Assembly (NCBI GenBank): GCA_028023455.1
Contig: JAQFVV010000001.1
Span: 25,792,001-25,856,000, forward strand
Source of the DNA: Epiperipatus broadwayi
Taxonomy: Eukaryota > Animalia > Onychophora
Length of the DNA: 64,000 bases
Reading direction: 5' to 3'
Made by a program: the position numbers and the translations under genes. This document shows positions 26,964-40,879 of this stretch, in pieces. The stretch's first letter is position 1. Each line of letters opens with the position of its first letter. The notes beneath the pieces were generated by a model. It made no database searches and was not told the DNA's origin. It worked only from the letters and a program-made list of their open reading frames with translations.

Positions 26964-29326
26964 ACAACGTTGTTGTTTTTTTTTTAAAGTAATTTGCACA
27001 AAAAATAAAATTGTCAGTATACTATTTTATTGTTCTAAAATTTAAAAAAAAATACCAAATATGTATATAACAGCATATAGATGTTCTAATAATAAAACAT
27101 TGATTTTCTAAAAATGAAATTTAATGCTTGAAATTTTTTAAAATCTATTTATTTTATACGTGCATTATTAAAATAAAATTTTAATTACATATTATTCCAA
27201 ATTTTTTTTTATTATATTCATGAACAATAGGTGTATTTTAAATTTGTTAAATGTATTTATCATTATCACACTAATAATTGAATGTTAAAATTATCTTCTA
27301 TACAATAAATTTATCATTAATGTTTATAATAACATTGAAGACTTTTCACTTTTGCATTACAACATAAGCAAAAAGTAGTCTTAATATTTTCTCCAATATT
27401 AGATATGCAAATATTATAAACATGAAAGTACACTACAGAAAGAACAGTTTTACATATTTTTTTAAAAATAATTTTACTAATATTTTTAAAACTTAGATAT
27501 TATTCAAATAAAATTAAACTGACATAGAATATCCTAAATTATACTCAAGTAACTGAGTTTTTTAATAGTAAAACTTAAATTCATTTATTTTTGTACATCA
27601 GAAGCATTTTCAATCAAGCAACAGAAATTTTAATTAATATGTGTTATTAAAAATTTTCAATGTTAGAACTATTCATAGTCAGATATAAAATTACTTATAT
27701 AATTGGGATTGCAATTATCACTAGTTACATATTTGATGTTTAAACATTTACTTGAAAAATTGTATATTAATAAAATAGCTTTGCTTTATAAATTTAAATA
27801 TTAGTCGATTTAAATTAATTTGCTTTAATAATTTCTGCTGGTTTAATATTTACTCTTCTATCTGTTGTGAATTAAAAAATATTTCCATATAGAATATTGG
27901 ATGTACAGTAATAAGTAGTTGTTTACTTACAGTACAAAACTGACTAAATTACAATGGATAGAGGCTAGTTCAGTTGTTTATTTATTCAACTTGGTTATTT
28001 AAAAATTTAATTATCTTTTTTTAATCATTTACTTTTTATCAATTACTCTATTACCATCTGTATGAACATTCATTTTCACAATGTATGTTTTATATATTGC
28101 CCAATAAATTATTTTCTAAATGAAGTAAGTACCATAAAAATCCTTAGCAGCACATAGCTCTTTGTAGAAAATTACACCAGATAAAACATGGTTATGGAAG
28201 TAAATAATATAAAGTAAAACTGTATTTATTATTAATTTTCAAAAAGCATATAATTTATGAAACGTTTAGTTTTTGATATGTATTTTAAAAATTATCCATC
28301 TAATTAATGAGTTTGTATATATATATATATTACATTTTTAATTAGATTTATGCTATTTTTATTATATTTAGGTGCATATGTTATTGTATATATGATTTAT
28401 TTGATGAATAGTGTATTTATAACTGCTAGTTATGTTTATAAATATCAATATAGACAATGTGCTATATTTATATTTAACAATATTTATAAATAAGTTTGTT
28501 GCATTTGTTTTTATTTTTATATTTATTATTATTTTGTACTTGTAATAAATTTATATTTGTTTTTAAATCATTGCAATTCATTTCCTTGGGCATAACTTGC
28601 CCAGTACAATACTCTTCTAAAATTTATCCTAGCTTAAAATTGCAGATGATTTATTTTATAATAAATATTCTTATGTCAGCCTAGTATACTATTTGTTGGA
28701 TTTCACAGCATGCTCTTAATATCTTAATTAGCACATTCAGTGCATTTCTGAAATAAAATTTATCTCAGCACATATCTTAGTAGCAAAATTTATAGTAACC
28801 ATCAATCTGTAAATGTATAGAAACATTAACAATATTGAAAATATCAAGCAATATATGAGTCTCTTTCTCTACTCTGAAAAGAAATGTGGCAAACATGGCT
28901 TTAGTACTTAAAATAAATTTACAATAAAAATATCAATTAAGTCTATATAACTTTTGAACTTGTCTTTTTTTTTTTTTTTTTAGAAATTCCTGATCATACT
29001 ACTTTTTTTTTTGGTACATTCAATCTTTTACAAAATTTACACAAATTCAAATACATCCTCATTTCAGCACAAATTATATTTGAAACTTTTCAAGCATCTT
29101 CTTTTAATTTTGCTTCATTGGTCAGAGCTTATTGCCATATATATATATATATATAATCTTTTCTATGTACTTTGGATTAGGTGATGTTGTCTCTTATTAA
29201 TTTGAAACAAATTTTATTATTCACTTTAATCATTTTCAATACTAATTTTGGATTTATTTTCTGGCAACCTCAACCAAGTACAGATAATTTTTTTTTTTAA
29301 AAAAAGAGAAAGAATAGGGAAGTTCA

Positions 29327-29420
29327 GTGTTGGTTGCCTAGTGGTTAGCATAGCTGCCTTTCAAAGCAGCTGGTACAGGTTCGTTTCCAGGTCAACGCAT
29401 TTGACATATGAGGAGAAAAA
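29327..29420 (+). mobile_element. Older tRNA-Gly(TCC)-derived SINE / pseudogene
   Basis: GTGTTGGTTGCCTAGTGGTTAGCATAGCTGCCTTTCAAAGCAGCTGGTACAGGTTCGTTTCCAGGTCAACGCA closely follows the eukaryotic tRNA-Gly(TCC) pattern. The anticodon loop is broken (8 nt); tail 'tgacatatga' plus A-run. Confidence 0.8.
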
Positions 29421-30202
29421 AAAGGAAGAACTGGGAATCTACTATTTTTATTGAAGCTTTCATTGCACAATTTTGCTGCTTAAAATTGATTGGATAAAAA
29501 TTAATTTAAAAAATTACAGTCTATTAAATGTATAATAAAACTGAAAAGTAAATAGGTTGTAACAAATTAGAAGAAAAACAAATTTTGACACTTGTAAAGA
29601 CAATAAAAACTCATTTCATTTAACAAAAAGAATTCTTGATAAATTGTAATTATTAAAAATTTGATAGATAAACAAATAATTATTTAACACCATTATTACT
29701 ACAGTTATATTATTTTTAACAGTAACATATAAATAATCAAACTTTTGTTATAATGATAGCAAGCAAACCAAATTACAACTATCATGGATCAATGCAGTCA
29801 TTACTAAAAAAAATATTCCTCATATACATACGTTTTTAAAAGCAACATGAGGAGAACTATAAAGTGATCTTACATTGTTTGAACCGAATATGTCTATAAT
29901 CAGTCATTTTTTCTCTTAATATATATATATAACTTTACTATATTTATTGTAATTTATTTTTCTAAATTAACTTTAATTCTAAGAAATGTAATTTTAATCA
30001 TAATTTATAACTATTATAAAGTTGTCCTTTTAAAGTATTAGTTGACAAAAACTACAACGATAGTTGAAAGCGCTCCTAAGTGACGTTTATAGATTTTTTT
30101 TTTTTAAGTATTGTTTTTTCTAATGTTTATTTATAAATTTATGTATATTATTTTGAAGAAATACAGACATCGATTTGTAATATTAATATATATATATATT
30201 AG

Positions 30203-30292
30203 ATAATACTCCAACAATCTTTGCCTATTATTTATCTAAAGAAGATAAAATAGAGTGGCGAGAAGAAAGCAATGGAACATTTACATTTGAAG
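30203..30292 (+). CDS. Internal exon of GABA-B-like GPCR, (N)NTPTIFAYYLSKEDKIEWREESNGTFTFE
   Basis: Acceptor tatattag, donor gtaata; 90 nt, phase 1/1. It bridges the phase-1 ends of the neighbouring exons and has the expected 'Y......I.W' pattern before G.PP.D. Confidence 0.8.
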
Positions 30293-33200
30293 GTAATACA
30301 AATATTATTATTAGCAATAAGTAGATGCAGTATACTAATATTTAAAAAAATTATAAAATTTTTACACACACATACAATCGAGTGTTTGTTCATATGTTTC
30401 AGAAAGTATAGTGAAATGAAAGTTTTAAGTATACTTAATATATATATATATGTGTGTGTGTGTTTGTGTGAATTTTTTTATATGTTTTATTTAAGCTCAC
30501 CTCAAAAATGAATGTTTTTCTGAAATGAATTCATAGAAAGAAAAATGTTTTGATATCTGCTCTGATATATGTTGTAATATGGGAGAATTAAGATGAGACA
30601 TGTGGAGATAAAACAATAAAACTTTAAATATTCTGGTTTATCTTTATTAATATAACTTAAAATGACTCTTGTATAAAGAACTATTTGTATTTAAATAATA
30701 GTTAAAATATATTAATCATTCTTCTGAGTTAAAAACTAAATTCCCCATGATATAACTTGCTAGTATAATATTTTACATGCGTACGATTGGTTTATAGACA
30801 TTCAATAATATGGAGATAATTATAGAAGATACAGCAGCAGCGTATTTCATAAATAAATATTTTGTGATTGGCTATATATATTAAAAGGCTATTATTTTTC
30901 AAAATAATAATGTCTAGAGAAGTGTTTATTATATGGAATGAAGATATACCTAAAAAATGTTTGTATGCCTGGCTGTGATACATCTTTTGAATATGCCGTG
31001 GCTACGATACATCTGCAAAGAGTATTGATTGAACTAAGATAATTGCATAATAAAACCGTACAATTCATGGTAATCATAATACAATCTTTAGGATTTGAAT
31101 AATATAACACTAGTTAATAGACTTCTGGTTGAAAAGAAGTAAATTATCTGCCAGGATTATATGGTAGAACCTTTATTTTTCAAACATTGTGCTCTTGATA
31201 TCACTGCATTTATATTATAGTATTCACTTAATATAAAAAATGTTTTAACTATTTTGTTCAGATCTTATATTACAGTGATTATATAATTCATAAAATAATG
31301 GATTTATTTAGATTATAAAGGTATTATTAAAATCTATAAATTGTATTAAGGAATAAGAATTGAATACCAGAGACTAAATAATAAAAATAAAATTCTGCCA
31401 TAAAAGGAAAATGAAATAGAAATTAATCTAATAGTTTAGTTGACAATAGTTTTGCTTGATATCACAATTAAAGAGAAATGATTCAATTGTAGTGATACAA
31501 AATTTAATTTGCAGTACATTTCTAAGAATGTTTATTCATTATTCTTTAATTAAATAAAGTGTTTTAAATTCATTAAGAGTATAAATGCAGAAAGGTGATA
31601 AAATAATGAGAAATATTCATAATAATGTATAGAGATCAGTTTTACTGTAAAGTTAAAAAAATCAAATTTATTTAATAATAAATTTCTGTAAAATTATACT
31701 AATGAGAAAGTAAATATACATGATTATAAAATGTACAATGTCATAAACAGAAATATATGTGAAATATAAAAAATAATTCAAGTTTACGAAAAATGTACTG
31801 ATTGTCTGATAATTAAAATGCTAAAATTGAATGTCAAATATATAACTCAATATTTTTTTCTTAAATAATTTATTGTTTGTAGTAACTAGCTAAATAGTCG
31901 TAATGGATATTATGCAATTAAAGATAATCAAAATGATTTAATAATAACTAAAATCAAAAAACAAATGCTTATATTAATACAGCTTATATTAATACAGAAA
32001 ACAATAAAAGTAAATGTATATATATGCTTTTCAGTTGAGGTGACTGGAAGAGTTAAAAAAATATAGTTTATTTAGAGTCCAGGAAATTGTTTTAGAATAA
32101 TTAAAATCTATATTTAACTTCCTCTGCATTCAATACTACCAAATATAAGAGAAACAAATTATAAAAATGACAATTCGCTGTTGCAACAGAAATCATATAT
32201 ATATATAACAACTATTCATATAAAGAAATAAGATACATGTAAAGTACTTTTTAATATTACCCATTTTGGAACTATGATGGAAAACATTTTCAATTTGATG
32301 ACCTTCAGCATGATATGCAAAGGATGCCAACAGACATGTTTAGTTTCTTGATTTTTTCATACTCTTCCGCAAATGTGAATAGATATCATTCTTCTTATTT
32401 TCAGTATCATGTTAAAGTTTATTCTTGTTGGTCAAAAGATTTCCTATATTGGTTATACTAAGAAATGCATCACTAAAAGAATTTAAAGATCATAGAATTT
32501 GAGATTTGATCATATTAAAATTTAAAAGAAGCAAAAAAAAAAAAAAAAACAATAAAGAAAGATTAATACAATATTATGCAGAGATAAAATATATATCTCA
32601 GAAAATACTTGTATTCATAAACTTGTTTACTTTTCATATCTATGGAAAAAACTTTCATTATACACCTACTAAAGTTATTATTGACATTAAACATAAAATT
32701 TTATTATGTATGTAAAATATTATTATTGTTGTTGTTATTATTCAAGTTTTTTATTTAGTCAATTTAGTGATGGTTCTAAGCTTGTGATTACTAATCATTT
32801 AAAGGATTTGTAGATGAATAAAATACTCCTACAGTAGAATATATTATACCGGTCGAACCCTTTTACTTGTCAGTTTACTTATACTATGTGCATGCATTGA
32901 TCATGAAATGCATATTATGTGACCAAGCAATAGGTCTATGATAGTTAATTAGGCACTGAGATTCATTAGTTTTATTGCATGCATCCAAAACTAATTTAGT
33001 GTATACATACCTTTGAAAGGTTTATTTTACTTTAACCTTTATGCACCACTCCTCAAAAGGGATTGCTCCCTTTCCAGAAGGACATGCCTACACTACTTAT
33101 TAAAAAATTCATACCTTTCTCTTAGCTATAATGATAAAAAAAGAAGGGATGCCCTAATTAATTCTTCTTGATCCCGATAAAGTTTAATCCTATGCTAACT

Positions 33201-33968
33201 CAGTCAATTCTTTTTCTCGGGTAGGTGATTTGGTTGCTTGGTTAATAAAGAAAGTTGATCATTTACATTATTTGTCACAAAGAAAATTATTAAGAACATA
33301 GCACAATGCTATAACTTTAAAAAGGGAATCTCTGTGTTTATTAAGCCCTCTATTACAATGCTCATAAAGTTACAGTAAAAAAAAAATAATGATGAAAAAT
33401 CAAACTTAAAACTTATAAAATATTAAATAAATCAAAGTATGGGATGGAATGGTCTGAGTTTCTGTTTCTCCTATACACCTTAAACTCTCATATATAATAA
33501 GTTGTCATATACACAAGATAAAAATAAATGCTGGCCATGGCATATACATGTTTAAGTAAATAACTTTTTTGATGATGATGATTAAAATATGCTTTGAGTT
33601 GATTTACATAATCTAACCACAAGTTAATAATTTTTGATATTGATAGTTCATAAATATATCCTGCACATAGCGGATAACATAAAATATAGAACTATTTCTA
33701 ATTATTATAAAATAATCCTGCACATGGCGGATAGAATAAAATTGTCTATGGGATAGACGAAATAGTGGTAACTTACAATTTGGAGAATCCTGCACATAGC
33801 GGATTAAATATATGAAAGAAAGTTATCTAGGAACAAAACACATACATTCAGTGGCTAAGATATTACCTTGGTTAGTAGGCTTTTTTTTTCTATTAAATAA
33901 ACACTCCATATTAAAAAGTTTAGTTAAGATTTTACTTCATTAACGCTTAAATAAATTAATATATATAT

Positions 33969-34153
33969 GTGCTCTGCGCACAGGTAATGAAGCTATTAAT
34001 AAATTGTCAAAATTTTTACTGCCAAGCGCTTTCGGGGCAGTCTACAGTCCCATATTCATGGCGAGTTATTCTGTTAATAACTGTAAAACTATGCAAATTT
34101 TATGCAAATTTATATGCAGCTGTTAATAGCTTCATTACCTGTGCGCAGAGCAC
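33969..34153. mobile_element. 185-bp MITE with perfect 31-bp TIRs inserted in (TA)n
   Basis: gtgctctgcgcacaggtaatgaagctattaa (33969-33999) is the exact reverse complement of 34123-34153; both sides are flanked by atatatat; CpGs retained. Confidence 0.9.
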
Positions 34154-36612
34154 ATATATATATATTAATTAAAAAGTTTAATAATTCTCATATCCTGCTC
34201 ATAGCAGATAGGTTATTAACAAAAAACTAAACAGATAAGCTGATGACTATCTATCAATATAACTCTAAGATTAATAAGCCTACTTCCCGTAAATGTAAAT
34301 ATAAGTGGTTTTTGTTAGATTATTAAATATTAAATCTGCACATATAATAATTAAAATAAAACTACTAAATAAAATATATGAGAAAAGATTACATAATTAA
34401 TTGGTTAACTCAACCATAACAAATAAAATAAATAACAAAAAAAAATATCAATGTAAATAATTATACTTCCCAAAGGCTTCATTATTCTCCGGGTTAGAGG
34501 CTTTTGAAGGAGACTATAATCTGCTTAGCAGGTGATTACAGGTCTGATTTCTATGGTGTATCAGCAAGATTGTTCTGAGCAGCTATATTTTATTGGAGCT
34601 GAAAGTTACATTTTCATGGCTACATTGGGTTTGAGCAGTGCAAGTATACTGAATGGGTTTTCTACCCCATGGTTATTTTTGAAAAACAATCAAATTTTGG
34701 TTCCATTTTTTTCAGGTGGTATGACAATGCACATGCTCCTATGTTTTGTTTAATAATTGAACATGCATTTCATGTTGCTTTCTTTTACTTTTTTCTTGTT
34801 TTGGTTTTATTTCCATCCTTGTTATTTCTCTCTTTCCTAATTATTAGATTGTTCTCATGATTGAAGCTTTATCAAATCAAAAGAATTATTATGCGATTTC
34901 TCTAACTCCTTTCAGTTTTCATGTTCTTACACTCTGACTCCCCGACTTAAAGTTTGAAACTTCTCTTCAAAAGCTAGGAAAGATTCACTTTGAATTTAAA
35001 CAACTTGACAGTGAGACAAAAATCTTAAAAAGAATGAGCTTGAATCCACCATTTGGGAAGCGCAGCTATTTTTCTTTCCTCCACTCTCGGTCTCTTTCTC
35101 TGCCTTCTCCTTTCTTTCTGTATATCTTAAAATCTCTTTCTGCTATATATATCTCCATCTGCTATATCTCTCCATCTATTACATTTTCATGTATACTATA
35201 AATCTCCATCTGCGATTTATTTTTCTGATTTGCTATTACTATGGCTTCCTATATTTCTCTCTTGCACTGATTATGTATCTTTTTTTTTCATTATTCAATT
35301 TAATCAACCAAAAAAAAAAAACAATTTGTCTTAACAATACTTTTTTTTTATCCTTTGAATCAATTTAGAATTTCTCAGACCATTAATGCATATTAATTCC
35401 ATTCCCATTTTTTTTTCTAATTACCATCCTGCAGATGTCAAGCCGAATGATCTGCATTTCTACCTTTTTCTCTAAAACATAATGCAATAAAAGAAAATGG
35501 TCATTGATTTGCCTGCCGTAATTAAAACCAAATTCTAACAATATATGAAAATTAAAATGTACATGTTGGAAAACTCAAAATAATTTTTAAGTTTTCAAAA
35601 GAAAAATATATTCAACAAGCAAAAAATAAAACTTCATATTATAAATTAAACACAAATAAATGTTCAACTGTTAGTAAACTATTTTTAAGTTTCCTCGTAT
35701 AAACTTCTACCCCCCTCCATATTTACATGTATCAAAAATAACAATATTTGACAAAAAAATTATACAACCAAAAATATACTTTAATCTGGTGTACGCAAAT
35801 GTACATTTATATAATGCATAGTATCATTATTTACATTTTTAAAAAAAATATGTTTTGTGTATTAAGAGAAAATATATCTGCACAGACCAATCCTTTTATT
35901 ATAAGTTATATACATTTTTGTTTAGGCTGTAACTATGTTTGCAGCCATCTTGTGCCTGTTGTTTAAGACTGCCTGTCACAGTATATTAGAAAAGGTTAGA
36001 AATTACAGCCACTGGAAAATAATTTTTCTTTGTAAATGAAAAGAATTCAATAATATTCATGTGCTGTATCATTTTAGGGTTACATTGTAGATATCTATGT
36101 TTGAGTCTAATCTTGGAGAATGGTTTAATAATTAAACCATTAAATAAAATTTGTTTTTATTATAAAAAACGAACTTTAGTATCCTTTCTACTCTTATTGT
36201 TAATGTGTTCAGAGGTGTTTTTTCATGATCCTGAGTGTGAATGCACTAAACTGACAAATTATCAGAATGTTAATGGGGAAAAAATAGGATGATATTACTT
36301 GAGATTATTATATCATCATTGGTAATGTCAAAGATATGTTAATTAGTTTCTGATTATATAGCTTGCAGTTATTATAAAAATATTTTACATGATCTTAACA
36401 AAAAGAAAATAGATGGCTTGATCATTATTTAAAATGTTAATTATGAAAATCTTTCAATATGAATTGACATAATTGAATGACCAAAATATCTTGATTATCA
36501 AAGAATAACTATTTGTTAATAAATATTGATCCAACATGGTTCTAATTTAGTTTAATGAACAAATGTCATACAATGTGTGGCAACCATGATAATCTTTCAA
36601 ATTCCCATTACA

Positions 36613-36653
<41 letters not shown>

Positions 36654-37999
36654 GGTGTATAACAAAAAGTGATAACTAATTTTAATGCATATATTTATGT
36701 ATGTTTTGGCATATGTCTTGGATATATGGGTGTATGCATATGTATACCCAAATGCACACATAGTGCTTTAAAATAAAAATTTCTGAGCAGTGGCTATATT
36801 AATTACAATGTTTCCTACAATCAAAGTGTGACTACAAAGAAGATGTAAAATGAATTCATTTCCATCAGTATTTTGGTTTATTGTGGGTATGATAGATTAA
36901 AATAAAGATAATCAGGAAATGAAATATTTAGTACACAACTATATTTTCTTAGACTCATTCAAATTGGCTTTAAGTTATATTCCCAAGGTAAAGAACCTTA
37001 TAAACAAATGACCACATAACTAAATTGTAATTTTGAACTTTTATAGTGCTAAATGCATAACATTTTGAAGATATAAAATTTGAACATTAGTCATATTAAA
37101 TGCAGCACTTTTTAGACTTTTATAATGAAGATGTTGCAATAATGTAGCCAGAATTTTGATGAAAATTTCTAAAATATTACATATTTTTCACTAAATAAAT
37201 TGAATGTTGCATAGTCACAATGTGGTTTTTGTTTACAAGCTTATTAAATGAATATTCATTTGTCCCACATTATGAGCCCAATTTAAGACCAGCTTGAATG
37301 GGGATAAGTTAATACCTTCATGGATTGAATATTCACTTTCCTGATTATTATTTTATAAATGACAGTCTTATAATAACATGGACCAATGAAGGAAGCTGGC
37401 TCATTTCTACATGTTTTGTAGTTGGATTTTGATACTAGGAGATATTGCAGATAATATAAATAACATTTTAAAATTCAACTCTCCAATTTATTACATATTA
37501 TTTAACATTGTAAAATGTTGAATATATATACATCTAAATATTAATATTATGTAACACATCAAGATTAATACTCAAACTATTGGTTTATTAAGTGAATCAA
37601 ATATTCTCAATTCAAAGCACAAGATAACACCTTTTCAGAGAAAAGAATGTCTACTCTCTTTACCTATTTTCTTTTTAAAAGTAATACGGTTAATTAAAAA
37701 AAAATATTAATGCTTTCTTTCCAGAGTGTTTAAGATAAGCCTCTATAAAAGAAAATGAGGTAAAGAGAGAATGTGGTCTGTTCTTTCCTCTAAAAAAAAA
37801 TATATCTTGTGCTTTGGATTGAAAATATTGCACTTAATCAGTAAACCAGTAGTTTGACTATTAATCTTCATATATATATATATATGCCCTGGACACATAT
37901 TTGTAATATATCATTATAGTTTTGATATCACATGATATGTAGCACAAAAATAGAAATACATACATTTATTTTGTACATATATATATAGTATATATAATA

Positions 38000-39620
38000 A
38001 ACTATTTCCTAGTGTTGCACTAGTAAAAGATAATCCTATATAAAATATCAAATAAAATATTAGCAAAATCAAATTAATAAATTTTTTATAATCGTTTCAT
38101 TTATTTGACAAGTGAAAAATTTCTAAAGTGAATAACTAAAATAAACAAATATAAATATATACACATAGAACTATCCCACAATTTAAACAACATCTCAATT
38201 TTAATAACTTGTATCATTGAACAATATTTTATGAACAGTACCACGTTCATTAATATATAAAGCTAGGCAAAGATATCCATTCATAAACTTTTGTGAATTT
38301 TATTTTCTACATTGACTTTAAACTGTCGCATAAAAAGTATAAACTATTAGTGAAATAGTTTTACTATCTATCAACTCTTTAAAATTATTTAATAATTTAG
38401 ATATTTTCTCCAAGCAATCTTTTTTCTCTCAATGAGTAACTATTTTAATCAAACAATCTACAAATCTACGATTTGAAAGGCAAAAAAAATAAATTTTGTG
38501 ATATAACATTACTATCAAATCTTTTCGTCAAATTATTAAAACAGTAATATTTTTTAAAAAATCTAAAAAAAAAAATCTAAATTATTTTAATCATTACAAA
38601 ACATTTTTTTTTTAAATCAACAGCCTACTTTTAAATTATTTAATCTTTTCTTTCTAAAACAGGATATTATTACAGCGACCTTTTTATGAGCAAATGCTAA
38701 TAATATTTCTTTTTTTCCCTTTAATATAATGATTAGAATATTTACATAAATGTTCTGGGTATTTATGTAGAAAAGGTAGTCTATATATTTTAAATTTAGC
38801 TGTTATTCATGGTTAGCATGCTTTTGATATATAACAATATCATAATCATGCGAAGTATGAATAAAAACTAAATTTAAAATATATTGACTACGTTTTCTGT
38901 ATAAATGTCCAGAACACGTTATTACAGCAATTATCCAGAAAAGAGAAAAAAGTCTTTGGTATTGAGTTACGTAAAGTGATTATAATATAAAGCAGCAACA
39001 TCTCTAACTTTTAATACTAAAATCCAAATATCCCTTTCCCTCCAAAATAAATTTAATGACATAATTAAAGCAATTCTGTCCAATCAAAATTCATTCATTA
39101 TTATCAAGAAAGAACTAGTCATTTACATATCTCATAAATAATCTTAAAAAACGCAATATTATAACTAACTACATATTCTTTAGAAAATTAATGTTAAAAA
39201 GAAATTGTATAATCAATTATCTAACACTTTACCTAATGCCCAGCATTATTAAGTGCATTTGTAATGGGTCAAAGTCGGAAGCAAAAAAATTTGTCAGAAT
39301 TATTCCAATTCTGAAACTTTCGACACCTAAATTTCTTATGACTTCATTTCCAGTATTGCTAACACACTTTTTATGACTCCTTGAGCAATAAATTGGAATC
39401 ATTTGATTATTTTATTTACTTAAAAATACACCGAGTCTTCTATCAATAAAACGAAATCATAACGTCCAATTTAGCTGTAGGAAAATCCTCCCCCATCGTA
39501 TTTAAACAAAACTATGTTATGTCAATATTCTTTAATTTATCAATAGATGATTTTCTCAATATGAAATTGATCAATTGCCCCCTTTTCATTAATACCAAAG
39601 CTACTAATCCTATTAAAAAG
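38000..39620 (-). pseudogene. Probable decayed VFT-domain (class C GPCR-like) paralogue, antisense within the host intron
   Basis: Several long low-stop minus frames; motifs LLAFAHKKVAVIIS, ISKLLNNFKELIDSKTISLIV and FTKVYEWISLP...TWY occur in VFT order. Strong acceptor at 39621 and a phase-0 donor gtaggc after ...NNLK; stops and frameshifts present. Confidence 0.4.
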
Positions 39621-40167
39621 CTAAATGAAAAAGAAAACACAAAATAATTACATAAATAATATATATTTTTTATAACTTAATAATAAATGTAGAAATTCTA
39701 TCACATCTTCTTTTAAATAAATTCAAAAATATACAAAACTAAAATTATGGTCTCTCTATCCTTAACTCATTGTCTGATACATAATACTATTTTATTAAAT
39801 AATGATCATTGGCATTAGAAAAACATAATTAACTGACAAAAACATTTAACTGCCCCTTTTATAAATTTATATGTTTTTCCAAGCTTCAAAAACCGGCCTT
39901 CTCATCTACTCTGCTGGTACTCAGGCTATTTTATAAACATTTTTTAATTTCAGAACTTCAACTTACTACGAAGTTTTATTTATATATCTTACAGGTTTGA
40001 TAATAATTACTGAAAAATGCATTTTTCTAATAATTATTTGTACAGTACAGGTTAATAAAATTATATATATATGATCACTAGATGGAGTTTTACCAATATC
40101 TCCATACAAGCTTTGTATACATAAATGCTGAGAGAGACAGAATTAAATATCTCTTTCGTTGTCTCCA

Positions 40168-40214
40168 CCTTCAGACCAGCTGATTTCAAGCTAATTGGCT
40201 ATCATCAGTGAAGG
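40168..40214 (-). ncRNA. Minimal type I hammerhead ribozyme motif, copy 1
   Basis: CCTTCA-CTGATGA-T AGC caatta GCT T-GAAA-TC agct GG-TC-TGAAGG. Perfect 6-bp stem I, intact core, GUC cleavage triplet, palindromic AGCT loop III, weak 3-bp stem II. Confidence 0.75.
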
Positions 40215-40416
40215 GTAGGGACTAAAAACTAGATCTAAACACTGTTTCTAAAACTCAGCATTTATGAAAGATGTTTCTGTCAGCTTGCAAGCATGAATTT
40301 TTCAGACACGTAAATATCTTCAAATACAGTTAAACAAACTACACAGTTATATGGGTCTGAAAACAGTTCAGTTTCATAATATAGTAAAAGGCTCTGCAAT
40401 ATATATCATTGCAAAC

Positions 40417-40459
40417 TTCACTGATGATAGCCAATTAGCTTGAAATCAGCTGATCTGAA
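40417..40459 (+). ncRNA. Minimal hammerhead motif, copy 2
   Basis: TTCA-CTGATGA-TAGCCAATTAGCTT-GAAA-TCAGCTGA-TC-TGAA. Core intact, AUC triplet ending at 40455; stem I cut to 4 bp by the inversion junction. Confidence 0.65.
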
Positions 40460-40832
40460 AGTGGCGACAATGAAAGAGATATTGAATTCTGTCTCTCTCA
40501 GCATTTATGTATACAAAGCTTGTGTGGAGATATTGGTAAAGCTCCATCTAGTGATCATAAAATGCAAGCTATAAGCAAGTTAATGAAATTTATAACTTGT
40601 TTTGTTTATCATAAATGTACCCTTGAAGGTTTTTGCAATGATATATATTGCAGAGCCTTTTACTACATGGTGAAACTGAACTGTTTTCAGACCCATGTAA
40701 CTGTGTAGTCTGTTTAACAGGATTTGAAGATATTTACATATCTGAAAAATTCATACCTGCAAGCTGACAGAAACATCTTTCATAAATGTTGAGTTTTAGA
40801 GTCAGTGTTTAGATCTAGTTTCTAGCCCCTAC

Positions 40833-40879
40833 CCTTCACTAATGATAGCCAATTAGCTTGAAATCAGCTGATCTGAAGG
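40833..40879 (+). ncRNA. Minimal hammerhead motif, copy 3 (core mutation G5A)
   Basis: CCTTCA-CTAATGA-...-GAAA-TCAGCTGA-TC-TGAAGG. The G5 to A change in CUGAUGA is expected to inactivate it. Confidence 0.65.
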
